64,000 nucleotides of DNA from Candidatus Caenarcanales bacterium (GTDB lineage: Bacteria; Cyanobacteriota; Vampirovibrionia; 2-02-FULL-35-15), in contig JAGVKQ010000022.1 of the NCBI GenBank assembly GCA_020050435.1, positions 17,305 through 81,304 on the forward strand, written 5' to 3'. The notes below the pieces were generated by a model that searched no databases, had not been told where the DNA came from, and was given only the letters and a program-made list of their open reading frames with translations. Shown here in pieces: positions 50,322 through 60,382 of this stretch. How positions within the stretch are numbered: position 1 is the first letter of the stretch; the number at the start of each line of letters is the position of its first letter. A program made the translations under genes and the position numbers.

Positions 50322-50891
50322 ATGACACAATTAACAAATATATTAGAAAACAAATCAATATCAAATGAAATAATTCAAATTAGTCATATCAAAGGTGAGT
50401 CAGTATTTATGACTGATCCAGAAGGTAAAAGAATTGAAGTTAAATACACAGAGCAAGGATCAAAAATAGTTTTTACAAGAGACTCAGAAGGCAGAGCAAT
50501 AGCTATTGAAGAAAGAGTAAATGGAACTAAGCTTTATCATATATCCAGCGACAGCTCAGGTTTACCATCATCACATGAAATTAAAGATGATCAAAATGAA
50601 ATTGTTTACTTCTATGATGTAGTAGGTAAACTTCAACATTTCGTAGAATTAAAAAATAACGGTGATAGAATCAGCACAATTCTTGATACTGGTTGTATGT
50701 ATTCAATTGAACAAAAACAACTCGGTGGAATAGTTTTCAAAGCATGGAAAGTAACTGCAGAAGAAACATTTGAAGCAATGGTTTGGTTGCATCAAGATGG
50801 TGAAATTACTGAATATGGTACTGAAGATGTAATCGCTGATATTTATGCAAAGTTTTCAAGATTTTTAGATGGCGCTCGTGTTAAATCCTAG
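50322..50891 (+). CDS. hypothetical protein
   Basis: An ORF followed by a strong terminator. Confidence 0.5.
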   Translation: MTQLTNILENKSISNEIIQISHIKGESVFMTDPEGKRIEVKYTEQGSKIVFTRDSEGRAIAIEERVNGTKLYHISSDSSGLPSSHEIKDDQNEIVYFYDVVGKLQHFVELKNNGDRISTILDTGCMYSIEQKQLGGIVFKAWKVTAEETFEAMVWLHQDGEITEYGTEDVIADIYAKFSRFLDGARVKS

Positions 50892-50931
50892 TAGAAGTTG
50901 CGTTGATTTCTACTATCTCCTCCTTGCAAAG

Positions 50932-50958
50932 AACCCCTCCTAACCGAGGGGTTTTTTG
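50932..50958 (+). terminator. rho-independent terminator (cccctc-ctaacc-gagggg + T6)
   Basis: A perfect GC stem and T-tract immediately after the stop codon. Confidence 0.65.
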
Positions 50959-50959
50959 T

Positions 50960-51262
50960 TTATTATATTGCCACCAGACAAGCTGGTGGCTTCCTATGAT
51001 CAATTCTATGCCCTTGTACGGATCCACCAAATAAATTGGATGGATCCTTTATTTGTGAATAAGTTTTTGTTTCTTTATAAAAGGTATAGGTTCAAACAAG
51101 TTGAACCTTTTCGCTAAAATATGAATTCAATGGGTCGGATCCACCGAATCCATCCTTCGGGAAACTTCGTTTCCTCTTCGGATGGCAGGAAATCGGATGG
51201 ATCCTCTATGTGCGAGTAAGTTATAAATAGCTTTCTGAACTGGTCACAATTTGTGACCAGTT
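50960..51262. repeat. cluster of palindromic repeats (GGATCCACC…GGATGGATCC family plus further hairpins) in a 430-bp intergenic region
   Basis: Hairpins at 50971-50989, 51020-51047, 51088-51108, 51132-51204 and 51240-51260. Three contain GGATCC/GGATGGATCC arms. Confidence 0.55.
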
Positions 51263-51323
51263 CGTATTTCTGTCTCTACAAATACTTTCTGCTATCATAT
51301 TACAGGTATTTGGGAGGATATTT

Positions 51324-52382
51324 ATGAGTAAAAGATTAGCGATTCTAACTGGTGGCGGAGACTGTCCAGGATTAAATAATGTAATTAGAGCAGTAGTATT
51401 TCAAGCAGTAAAAAAATACGGTGATGAAGTTATTGCCTTTGAGTATGGATGGAAAGGTCCCATCCAAAATATCACTAGATCGTTAACTCTTAAAGATGTA
51501 GATCATATATTTAATGAAGGTGGAACGATAATTAAAAGCTCCAGAACAAATCCTTATAAAGTAGAAGGCGGTCCACAAAAAGTAATGGATACCCTCAAGG
51601 CAAATAAAATTGATGCATTAATAGCTGTGGGTGGAGAAGATACATGTGGAGTAGCAGATAAGTTGGTAAATGATTTTAAAGCTCCTATTGTTTGTGTACC
51701 TAAAACTATCGATAACGACTTAAATGCTACAGATCAAACCTTTGGTTTTGATACATCTATTTCTATAGTTTGTGATGCCTTGGATAGATTACATACGACT
51801 GCTAAATCTCATGACAGAGTTTTAGTTCTTGAAGTTATGGGACGCCATGCAGGATGGATAGCTACTATGGGCGGAATGGCTGGAGCAGCAGATTATATCT
51901 TAATTCCAGAAGAACCATTTGATATTAAAAAAGTAGCTGAAGCAATTAAGATTAGAAAAAAAGAAGCTGGTTACGCCATTATCGTAGTTGCTGAAGGTGC
52001 AAAGTTTGCTGAAGGCGAAGTTTTAAAAGATCAGGAACTCGATGCTTTTGGTCACGTAAAACTTGGTGGAATTGGCGATAGAGTAGCAAAAAATATTGAA
52101 GAGCTTACAGGCTTTGAAACCAGATCTACTACCTTAGGTCATATTCAAAGAGGTGGATCACCTACAGCTTATGATAGAGTTCTTGGAACTAGATATGGAC
52201 TTGCTGCTGTAGATCTTATTCATAACAATAAACTAGGAAGAATGGTTTCACTTCAAGGTATTAAGATTACTGATGTAGCTATTAGAGAAGCTGTTGGTAC
52301 CCTTAAAACTGTAGAAATGACTATTTATGATCAGACTAGGGTTTTCTTTGGTGATGAAGTAAGACCAAAAGCAAAAGCGTGA
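51324..52382 (+). CDS. 6-phosphofructokinase, PPi-type donor-site signature (GGEDT, PKTIDND)
   Basis: PFK family collinearity. The GGDGS position reads GGEDT, and the Gly124-equivalent is Lys (VPKTIDNDL). Confidence 0.8.
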   Translation: MSKRLAILTGGGDCPGLNNVIRAVVFQAVKKYGDEVIAFEYGWKGPIQNITRSLTLKDVDHIFNEGGTIIKSSRTNPYKVEGGPQKVMDTLKANKIDALIAVGGEDTCGVADKLVNDFKAPIVCVPKTIDNDLNATDQTFGFDTSISIVCDALDRLHTTAKSHDRVLVLEVMGRHAGWIATMGGMAGAADYILIPEEPFDIKKVAEAIKIRKKEAGYAIIVVAEGAKFAEGEVLKDQELDAFGHVKLGGIGDRVAKNIEELTGFETRSTTLGHIQRGGSPTAYDRVLGTRYGLAAVDLIHNNKLGRMVSLQGIKITDVAIREAVGTLKTVEMTIYDQTRVFFGDEVRPKAKA

Positions 52383-52440
52383 AATTCAGGAAGGTGAGGT
52401 TTGCAAAACTCACCTTCACAGACCATAATGTATAAATGAA

Positions 52441-52470
52441 AAGACGTCTTACAGGGCGTCTTTTTTTTTG
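52441..52470 (+). terminator. rho-independent terminator between the two pfk genes (agacgtc-ttaca-gggcgtct + T9), preceded by a second hairpin at 52390-52417
   Basis: The stems and the long T-run are seen directly. Confidence 0.6.
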
Positions 52471-52483
52471 CTAAAATTAGCTC

Positions 52484-53575
52484 ATGCCTAAAAATAAAAA
52501 AATAGGAATATTAACTGGTGGTGGAGATTGTCCAGGATTAAATGCTGTAATTCGTGCAGTAACTAAATCTGCTCACGAAAATGGATATGATGTCATTGGT
52601 TTTAAAGATGGTTTTAAAGGACTAGTTGAAAATGATTTTATTGAATTAACTGATTGTATGGTTTCAAATATCTTAACTCAAGGGGGAACGATTCTTGGGA
52701 CTTCTAATACTGCTAATCCATATAGGTGGGCAAAAAAAGATAAAAAAGGAAATCTAATATTTGAAGATCTGTCAGAAAAAGCCATTTCAAATTTTAAAAA
52801 AAATAAATTAGAAGCATTGGTTGTTTTGGGTGGTGATGGTTCCATGGCAATTGCAAATGATTTAGTGAATGATGGACTTAGTATAGTAGGTGTCCCAAAA
52901 ACCATTGATAATGATCTTCCCCATACTGATATGACTTTTGGATTTAATACTGCTGTTAGAACTGCTACTGGAGCTATTGATAAAATTCATACTACAGCTC
53001 AGTCGCATCATAGAGCCATGGTTGTAGAAGTAATGGGACGGTATACAGGCTGGATAGCACTTTATAGTGGTGTAGCTGGTGGTGGTGACATAATTTTAAT
53101 TCCTGAGATTCCATATGAAATAAAATCCATTTATAAAACAATAAAAGAAAGAAAAGAAAATGGTAAGAACTTTACTATTATTGTTGTTGCTGAAGGTGCA
53201 AAACCTAAAGGTGGAGATTTAACGGTTAGGAAAGTAATTAAAAATTCTCCTGATCCCATTAGACTTGGTGGTATTGGAATGAAATTAGCAAATGAAATAG
53301 AAGAGAATACTGGCATTGAATCCAGAGCTACGATATTAGGTCATATTCAAAGAGGGGGTGTGCCTACTCCATTTGATCGTGTACTTGCTACAAGATTTGG
53401 TGTAGAAGCTGTGAATCATGTTTTAAATAAAAGATATGGAAAAATGGTTGTTTTAAAAAATAATGAAATATCTTCTGTGCTTATATCCAGTGTTACCAGT
53501 GAAGTTAAAAATGTGCCAAAAAATTATAGTTTGATAAAAGCTGCAAGAGCTGTTGGAACGTGTTTCGGAGACTGA
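52484..53575 (+). CDS. 6-phosphofructokinase, ATP-type GGDGS signature but Lys at the 124-equivalent
   Basis: PFK family collinearity with VLGGDGSMAIA and VPKTIDNDL. Confidence 0.8.
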   Translation: MPKNKKIGILTGGGDCPGLNAVIRAVTKSAHENGYDVIGFKDGFKGLVENDFIELTDCMVSNILTQGGTILGTSNTANPYRWAKKDKKGNLIFEDLSEKAISNFKKNKLEALVVLGGDGSMAIANDLVNDGLSIVGVPKTIDNDLPHTDMTFGFNTAVRTATGAIDKIHTTAQSHHRAMVVEVMGRYTGWIALYSGVAGGGDIILIPEIPYEIKSIYKTIKERKENGKNFTIIVVAEGAKPKGGDLTVRKVIKNSPDPIRLGGIGMKLANEIEENTGIESRATILGHIQRGGVPTPFDRVLATRFGVEAVNHVLNKRYGKMVVLKNNEISSVLISSVTSEVKNVPKNYSLIKAARAVGTCFGD

Positions 53576-54326
53576 TATGACGATTCTGGAATCATTTCAA
53601 AACTCATTACTTTTTTTACCAGATAAAAATAAATATGGTTCGCCTGAAGGTTGTGGCTTTCCATATGAAGAAGTCTATATGAATACTTCTGATGATGAGA
53701 AATTGAATGGATATTTTTTTTCATCCCCATCCGATAAAGTAATTCTCTATCTACATGGAAATGCGCAGAACATAAGTGCTTGGTATGAAGCAGGAGTGGA
53801 GATAAGAAAAAAAATAGATGTAAATGTTTTAATTGCTGATTATAGAGGCTATGGGAAAAGTACAGGAAAACCTAGTTTGGAAGGCGTAGTAGAAGATGCT
53901 TTAGCTATGTATGATTATTTGATTCAAAGAGGATTTAAAGAAGAAAATATTTCTCTTTATGGAAGATCTCTTGGTGGTGGAATAGCATTAGAATTAGCTA
54001 ATAGAAAAAAAGTAAAGTCTGTAACTTTAGTTTCTGCATTTACATCTCTTTTAGATATGGCTCGTGAGCATTATCCACTAATTCCAGCTAATGTCATTAG
54101 AAATGACTTCTTAAACTCTAGAGAATTAATAAAAAAATTAACCTGCCCAATCTTTATAGTTCAGGGTGATAAAGACAGTATTGTTATGCCGAGTCATGCT
54201 TTTAACCTTTATGAAGCAGCACCTGAACCTAAAAAGATTTTAATCTTGAAAGGTGCTGGACATAATGATTTACTGCCTTTTTACAATGATGAATACTATG
54301 AAACTTTAAGAGAATTGGTGTTGTGA
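53553..54326 (+). CDS. alpha/beta-hydrolase fold protein
   Basis: A GxSxG motif (GRSLGGG) and terminal Asp/His regions. Its start overlaps the end of pfk. Confidence 0.65.
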   Translation: MERVSETDMTILESFQNSLLFLPDKNKYGSPEGCGFPYEEVYMNTSDDEKLNGYFFSSPSDKVILYLHGNAQNISAWYEAGVEIRKKIDVNVLIADYRGYGKSTGKPSLEGVVEDALAMYDYLIQRGFKEENISLYGRSLGGGIALELANRKKVKSVTLVSAFTSLLDMAREHYPLIPANVIRNDFLNSRELIKKLTCPIFIVQGDKDSIVMPSHAFNLYEAAPEPKKILILKGAGHNDLLPFYNDEYYETLRELVL

Positions 54327-54409
54327 ATTAATTAGGTATTACAGAAAAGTCTACTTGAAATTAAGATTTCTAATTGATAATATTTATCCAATTAATTTAA
54401 GAAGGTTAT

Positions 54410-55351
54410 ATGATTTTATCTATTTCTGTTAGTACTGCTCAAAGTAGATTTTTACCACAAATTCCAATGAAATCGGTGAGATCATTGTTAGGAAACAGAG
54501 CTATTTCAACGATTGCTACTCTGTTTGGGCATGCTATTCATCCCTTAGATGCAGCAGTAATTAGTACAAAGTTTTTTAGACAGATTTCAGATAAAATTGG
54601 TGATGCTTCTATACTTAATACAAGAGCAATTCAGGAAGTAAATTTCCCAACTTCGGATGGAAGACTTTTACATGGTTACTATATTCCTGCTGAAGAGAAA
54701 ACTGATAATGTGGTTTTGTTTTCCCATGGAAGAAGTGGGGATGTGAACTTCTGGTGTCCTTCAATGCTTTCATTACAAAAGGGCTTACAAGGACAAGACA
54801 AAAATACCAACTTATTTTTATTTGACTATAGAGGGTATGGAAAAAGTGAGGGGAATAGACCTACAAGATTAACTGCACCTAAAGATGCATATGCTGCTTG
54901 GTGTTTTTTAAGAGCTGCAAATTTCAAACCTGAAAACATTCATATGGTTGGTCATTCTACCGGGTCTGCTGTAGCTCTTAAAACAACTATAATGTTAGAA
55001 AAATACAGAGGAGAAAAACCAGCATCTTTAATTCTTGCTTCTTCTTATGAATCCCCCAGGCAAGCTGCAATTTGTGCTAAACCTGGGATTGGTCCTTTGA
55101 AAGTTTTTGTCGTTGGTAAAACAATCTTAAATCCAGAAGTAATGATACGTAAAATTAGTCCTGCAGTTCCCGTGAGATTTATTCATGGAACTGGTGATAA
55201 ATACTTTCCACATGAACACTCAGAAACTTTATTTGAACGATCAGTAGCTTATGATAAAGATATAATTTTACGTGAAGATGGGCAGCATGTTGAAATTTTT
55301 ACCGAACTTGGTCCTGCTGAATTTGCAAGGTTAACTTCTTTATTCAATTAA
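54410..55351 (+). CDS. alpha/beta-hydrolase fold protein
   Basis: A GHSTG nucleophile elbow, and paralogy with the upstream hydrolase (YRGYGKS motif shared). Confidence 0.6.
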   Translation: MILSISVSTAQSRFLPQIPMKSVRSLLGNRAISTIATLFGHAIHPLDAAVISTKFFRQISDKIGDASILNTRAIQEVNFPTSDGRLLHGYYIPAEEKTDNVVLFSHGRSGDVNFWCPSMLSLQKGLQGQDKNTNLFLFDYRGYGKSEGNRPTRLTAPKDAYAAWCFLRAANFKPENIHMVGHSTGSAVALKTTIMLEKYRGEKPASLILASSYESPRQAAICAKPGIGPLKVFVVGKTILNPEVMIRKISPAVPVRFIHGTGDKYFPHEHSETLFERSVAYDKDIILREDGQHVEIFTELGPAEFARLTSLFN

Positions 55352-56422
55352 TAAAGCCAATTTTTTATTTATTATTACTTCAGGTCTGTCTAATTCTTCT
55401 TTAAAGTGATATCCAAAACCTACATCGCTAAATTGAATCTTTCCCATCTTTTCTTTATTAGTTAAAGTTATTGGCATATTGATTTCAAGATTTGAAAGCT
55501 TGAAAGAAAATACTGGAGTGTGTCCAATAATCTGATAAACATTTGGAATGTCGATGTCATCTAGGTTTGTAGGGTAGATCTTAAGTGCAGAAATTCCTGT
55601 TCTCCTCCAGATGAAAGAAGTATTTATATCGTTTTTCTTAGAGTACATGTTAAATAAAGGATCATCTGTAAATGATTTCATCATTAGTTTCCAGTCAATT
55701 CTATTTGTTTTTTTGAATTCAATGAACATATCATATGCAAACTTTCCATGTTCTTTTAGTCTTTCATTTAATTTGTGAGCAAAGTCATAAATATCGCTAT
55801 TTTTTTCTAATCCAAGTTCTATAAAATCATCATTAATTGCAAAGCTGTGAATATATAAAATAGGGAAGTCCTGTAATTTATCATCTGCTACGTAAGCCGC
55901 TAATATCTCTCCATCAGCAATATTTTTTAATAAGCTTTCTGTAACTTGATAATTATTATTTATATCTATTACTGAATCCTGCGCTGGAAAAATCAAAGGG
56001 TATCCATTTGGATCTCTTTCAAAGAAAGCCATTTCATGGTTTCCTATTAATCTGTAGATCTTTACTTCATTCTCAATTTGTTTATTTACCCAAAAATCAA
56101 CACAGTCACTATTTTGCCCTCTGTCATAAAAATCTCCCAGAAAAATATAATCATGTGTTTTTTTGAGATTTAAGTCACTATCTAAGAGTCCATGTCTATA
56201 TAGAGTAGTTATCATGTGAACTATATCTCCATGAATATCAGGGATATACACAGTTTCTCCATTTGAAAAAGATAAGTGAGGGTCTTTTTTTATAGTCTTT
56301 AAATGCTCTTTGAGCTTTTCAATTAACTTATTTGTTTTTTCTTCAATTAAAACGCTGTCTGCATACTGCATTTTCCCAGCAGTTTGAAATGTCTTTTTTG
56401 ATTGTTTTAAAGATTGTGTCAT
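55340..56422 (-). CDS. calcineurin-like metallophosphoesterase (PPP-family phosphatase-like)
   Basis: The motifs DIHGD, GDFYDRG and GNHE appear in the correct order. Confidence 0.7.
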   Translation of the reverse strand: MTQSLKQSKKTFQTAGKMQYADSVLIEEKTNKLIEKLKEHLKTIKKDPHLSFSNGETVYIPDIHGDIVHMITTLYRHGLLDSDLNLKKTHDYIFLGDFYDRGQNSDCVDFWVNKQIENEVKIYRLIGNHEMAFFERDPNGYPLIFPAQDSVIDINNNYQVTESLLKNIADGEILAAYVADDKLQDFPILYIHSFAINDDFIELGLEKNSDIYDFAHKLNERLKEHGKFAYDMFIEFKKTNRIDWKLMMKSFTDDPLFNMYSKKNDINTSFIWRRTGISALKIYPTNLDDIDIPNVYQIIGHTPVFSFKLSNLEINMPITLTNKEKMGKIQFSDVGFGYHFKEELDRPEVIINKKLALLIE

Positions 56423-56454
56423 AAGCTCTGGCTTATATGTGCCAGATATATTGT

Positions 56455-57663
56455 TTATATCTTATCACTTATCTCTTTAATTATGTTCTGGGCTATTACT
56501 ATCCTCTGGATTTCTGACGTGCCTTCGTAAATCTCAGTAATTTTTGCATCTCTTAGGAATCTTTCCGCGTCATATTCCGTAGTATAGCCGTAACCACCTA
56601 AGATTTGAAGTGCTTTATTTGCAGCTTTTGATGCTAGTTCACTACAGAAAAGTTTTGCTTCTGCTGCCGATTTTGTAAATTTTTCACCAGTATCATGTAA
56701 GTTCGCTGCTTGGTAAGTTAATAATCTTCCTACTTCAATTTCAGTAGCCATTTCAGTTAGCATAAACTGAATAGCCTGAAAATCTGAAATCTTTTTTCCA
56801 AATGCTTCTCTTTGTTTTGCATATGAAGATGCTAAATCAAAACAAGCTTGTGCTATTCCCAAAGCTTGAGATGCTATTCCTATACGTCCTCCATCGAGAG
56901 TAACCATTGCAATTTTAAAACCTTCTCCAGTGCTTCCAAGTAAATTTTCTTTAGGTACTTTTACATTATCTAAAATTACCTGACAAGTAGAACTAGCTCT
57001 AATTCCTAATTTATCTTCTAGTTTTCCAAAGGAAACTCCAGCCATATTTTTTTCTACAATAAAAGCACTAACACCTTTGTGTTTAGCTAATCCTTTTTCT
57101 TTTAAAGTATCCAGGGGGATTTCTTGAGCAAGAACTACATAAACATCTGCTTCTTTTCCATTTGTAATCCATGCTTTTGTCCCATTTAAAAGATAGTAAT
57201 CACCTTTGTCTTCAGCTTTTGTAAGCATAGCCTGAGCATCTGAACCATTTCCTGGTTCTGATAAACAAAATGCTCCTAAGAACTCACCCCTAGCTAATTT
57301 TTTAAGATATTTTTCTTTTATAAAATCAGAACCAAAAATATTGATAGGTATGGAGCAAAGAGATAAGTGTGCAGCTAAAATTACGCTGGTTGTAGCACAA
57401 ACTTTGGCTAATTCTTCTATAACTATGGAGTAAGAAACATAGTCCATTCCTCCGCCACCGTACTTTTCAGGTAAAGTTAGTCCTGTCATTTCCAGCTGTG
57501 ATAGTAATTCAAAATTTTCTCTGGGAAACCTATGTGTCTTATCTATTTCTCTGGCTTTCTCTTTAAAGTTTTCTTCTGCTACATCACGTATTGTTTTTCT
57601 TAAGAGTTCTTGGTCTTCAGTAAGCTTAAAGGTCTGAAAGTCTTTTTCTAGTACTTTTTCCAT
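56455..57663 (-). CDS. acyl-CoA dehydrogenase
   Basis: Collinear with the ACAD family, including the C-terminal catalytic Glu region (YEGTSEIQ). Confidence 0.9.
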   Translation of the reverse strand: MEKVLEKDFQTFKLTEDQELLRKTIRDVAEENFKEKAREIDKTHRFPRENFELLSQLEMTGLTLPEKYGGGGMDYVSYSIVIEELAKVCATTSVILAAHLSLCSIPINIFGSDFIKEKYLKKLARGEFLGAFCLSEPGNGSDAQAMLTKAEDKGDYYLLNGTKAWITNGKEADVYVVLAQEIPLDTLKEKGLAKHKGVSAFIVEKNMAGVSFGKLEDKLGIRASSTCQVILDNVKVPKENLLGSTGEGFKIAMVTLDGGRIGIASQALGIAQACFDLASSYAKQREAFGKKISDFQAIQFMLTEMATEIEVGRLLTYQAANLHDTGEKFTKSAAEAKLFCSELASKAANKALQILGGYGYTTEYDAERFLRDAKITEIYEGTSEIQRIVIAQNIIKEISDKI

Positions 57664-57739
57664 GTTTTTATTTTAACATTAAAAAAAAATAATGAATCTA
57701 TCTTGATTTTTTAGGTGATTTATCTGAGAATAAAGCTTA

Positions 57740-58474
57740 ATGCTTTCTATATCCCCTACGACTTTAACAACTCAAATAAAAATTCCAATCCCAAAGAAAG
57801 AATTTATTGCTCTTTCACATTCAAAAACTATTGATAATAAAGCTTGCTTTAATTCAAATATAGTGAGATTTGGTTATGAATTAATCTTAAATCAAGAACC
57901 TGGATTAACTGGGCATCACTTTTTAGAAGAATGTAGAGAAATGATTGCTGATGTAGCCAAAGCTCAATGTGATCAAAACCCTAGCATGGGTAATATTCAA
58001 CTTCCTGAAGCAGAGATAGTAGACTTGTCAAAAACGGTTACTGATATGGGATATTCTAGAGATATTGTAGAGCCTATTGTGGAATGTGCTTATGATTTTT
58101 TAAAATCTCATGATGAAAAGACTGCTCAATCATTTTTACTTAAATGTGATTATAGTGTAGCTAAAAGGGTTTTAAGAGCAAAATATATTAGAGATGGAAA
58201 CCAACTAAATGAACTGGACAATTCGACCTGTCGGGCTTTAATGAAACACAAACTAATTGAATGTGCAACATCTATTTCAAATAAATCCCTTGTATCTTGC
58301 GATGAAAAAACAAGAAAAAAAGCTCTTGAAGATTTTGAAACTATATTAGAAGTCGTAGGATTAGGAATCCCTGAAAATGTTATTGATTTTAATGTGATCT
58401 CTCATTTACAAGATCCAGGGAAGGTGTTTTTTATAGGCGATCGTGTCAATTTTGGTAGGTATTTAGCAGCTTAA
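57740..58474 (+). CDS. hypothetical protein
   Basis: ORF only. Confidence 0.45.
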   Translation: MLSISPTTLTTQIKIPIPKKEFIALSHSKTIDNKACFNSNIVRFGYELILNQEPGLTGHHFLEECREMIADVAKAQCDQNPSMGNIQLPEAEIVDLSKTVTDMGYSRDIVEPIVECAYDFLKSHDEKTAQSFLLKCDYSVAKRVLRAKYIRDGNQLNELDNSTCRALMKHKLIECATSISNKSLVSCDEKTRKKALEDFETILEVVGLGIPENVIDFNVISHLQDPGKVFFIGDRVNFGRYLAA

Positions 58475-59436
58475 TTTTTTCTCTTAATAACTTCTTTTGC
58501 TGCTTCTGCAATTTTTTCTTTAGATAAACCGTAGTGAATTAAAAGCTCATCGCCTTTTCCACTTTGACCGAATATATCCATCACACCAATTTTCTTAAGT
58601 GGTGATGGTAATTCTTCTGATAAAACTCCTGCTACAGCATCACCTAATCCAGCGATTACATTATGCTCTTCACAAGTTACTGCGCAGCCTGTTTTTCTAA
58701 CTGAAGCTAAAATCGTTTCTTTGTCGAGTGGTTTAATAGTAGAAACATTTATGATTTCTGCACTGATGCCTTCTTTTTGAAGAAGCTCTTGTGCCCATAA
58801 TGCACGACTGACCATAACTCCACATGCAAAAATAGATACATCAATTCCAGGTTTAATAACCTGTGCTTTTCCTATTTCAAACTTATATTCTTTTTCATCA
58901 AATAGAACAGGGACATTAGATCTGCCTAATCTCATATAAACAGGTCCGACAAACTTTGCAATTTCAAAAGTAGCAAGCTTTGCTTCTGTAGCATCAGCAG
59001 GGACAATAACTGTCATTCCTGGAATTACTCTCATAAGTGCAAGGTCTTCAATGATTTGATGTGATGCACCGTCTTCCCCTACTGTTAAACCAGCATGAGT
59101 AGCGCATATTTTTACATTAAACTTATTATGGCAAACAGCGTTACGAACAAATTCCCATGCACGTCCAGCTGCAAACATAGCAAAGCTAGATGCAAAAGGA
59201 ATCTTGCCGCATGTAGAAAGTCCTGCTGCTACACCGATCATATTTTGTTCAGCAATTCCCATATTGAAAAATCTATCTGGAAATTCTTTAGCAAAAAATT
59301 TAGTCTGTGTAGATCCACATAAGTCAGCATCTAAAACAACTACATTAGGATTTGTTTTCCCTAGCTCAGCAAGTGCTTTTCCATATGCCACTCTGGTAGC
59401 AATCATTTCTTTAGATTCAACTACTGTTGCTCCCAT
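58471..59436 (-). CDS. transketolase, C-terminal subunit (pyrimidine-binding + C-terminal domains)
   Basis: Collinear with the Tkt C-half. It is adjacent to, and overlaps by 1 bp, the N-half gene. Confidence 0.9.
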   Translation of the reverse strand: MGATVVESKEMIATRVAYGKALAELGKTNPNVVVLDADLCGSTQTKFFAKEFPDRFFNMGIAEQNMIGVAAGLSTCGKIPFASSFAMFAAGRAWEFVRNAVCHNKFNVKICATHAGLTVGEDGASHQIIEDLALMRVIPGMTVIVPADATEAKLATFEIAKFVGPVYMRLGRSNVPVLFDEKEYKFEIGKAQVIKPGIDVSIFACGVMVSRALWAQELLQKEGISAEIINVSTIKPLDKETILASVRKTGCAVTCEEHNVIAGLGDAVAGVLSEELPSPLKKIGVMDIFGQSGKGDELLIHYGLSKEKIAEAAKEVIKRKN

Positions 59437-60269
59437 TAAACTAGCTCCTTAAGTGCATTAGCCAGCTCTTCATCATTTGGTGCTACACCATGCCATTTGA
59501 CTTGGTCTTCCATGAATGTTACGCCTTTGCCTTTAATAGTGTGAGCAATAATTACACAAGGTTTATTTTCTTTTGGTCCTATTTCATGAGTCTTTAAAAT
59601 AGCGTCATTGAGCTGATTTAAGTCATGTCCATCTACTTCCTGAACATGCCAATTAAAAGCTTCAAACTTTTTACCTATAGGCTCAAGTGCCATGGTTTCT
59701 TCAGTCCAGCCGTCAAGTTGAATTCTGTTTCTATCTAAAATTGTAGTTAGATTTCCTAAATGATAATGCCCTGCTGACATAATTGCTTCCCATGATGAAC
59801 CTTCTTGAAGTTCGCCATCACTTTGAAGTAAGTAAATTCTGTTTTTAAATTTGTTTAATCTGGATCCTAATGCAGCACCGACTGCAAAAGTAGAACCTTG
59901 TCCGAGTGATCCTGTAGAAGTTTCTACACCAGGAACGCGGAGTCTGTCTGTGTGACCTTGGTAAGGAGAACCTAATTGTCTAAAAGTTAAAAGATCATCA
60001 CCTTTAAAATATCCAGCTTTTGCAAGAATAGAATAAACAAGTGGAGTTGCATGTCCTTTACTGACTACAAGCCTGTCCCTGTCTGGTTTCTCAGGATTCT
60101 TCGGATCATAATTCATCACTGCAAAATATAAAACAGCAGCAATTTCGCATGCAGACATAGAACCTCCAGGATGGCCTGAGGCTTGAGCATTTACCATTTT
60201 AAGGATGGTTTTACGGAGATCTTTACAGATTTCTGTGAGTTCTTTATGTTTTTTCTCGCTAAGTGGCAT
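59436..60269 (-). CDS. transketolase, N-terminal subunit (TPP-binding)
   Basis: A TPP-binding GDG-type motif region (…LQSDGELQEGS…). Split transketolase arrangement. Confidence 0.9.
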   Translation of the reverse strand: MPLSEKKHKELTEICKDLRKTILKMVNAQASGHPGGSMSACEIAAVLYFAVMNYDPKNPEKPDRDRLVVSKGHATPLVYSILAKAGYFKGDDLLTFRQLGSPYQGHTDRLRVPGVETSTGSLGQGSTFAVGAALGSRLNKFKNRIYLLQSDGELQEGSSWEAIMSAGHYHLGNLTTILDRNRIQLDGWTEETMALEPIGKKFEAFNWHVQEVDGHDLNQLNDAILKTHEIGPKENKPCVIIAHTIKGKGVTFMEDQVKWHGVAPNDEELANALKELV

Positions 60270-60382
60270 GAGATAAATATTTTAACAAATGAAAGGACTC
60301 TCTGAGGCGTCTTTACCTCTTTCATATCACTGTTGAGACTTGCCAAGGCAAGTCTTTACGGGCGGACTTGCTTAACGGTTTT

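Noticed and set aside
50116-50364. ORF 50116..50364 (- strand, 82 aa)
   Set aside because: It overlaps the start region of ORFs on both sides and has a low-complexity hydrophobic sequence. It is more likely promoter/intergenic space.
51040-51230. Group II intron or splice-site-like GTAAG at the end of the repeat tails
   Set aside because: Only a short motif coincidence. There are no intron domain V/VI structures and no reverse-transcriptase ORF.
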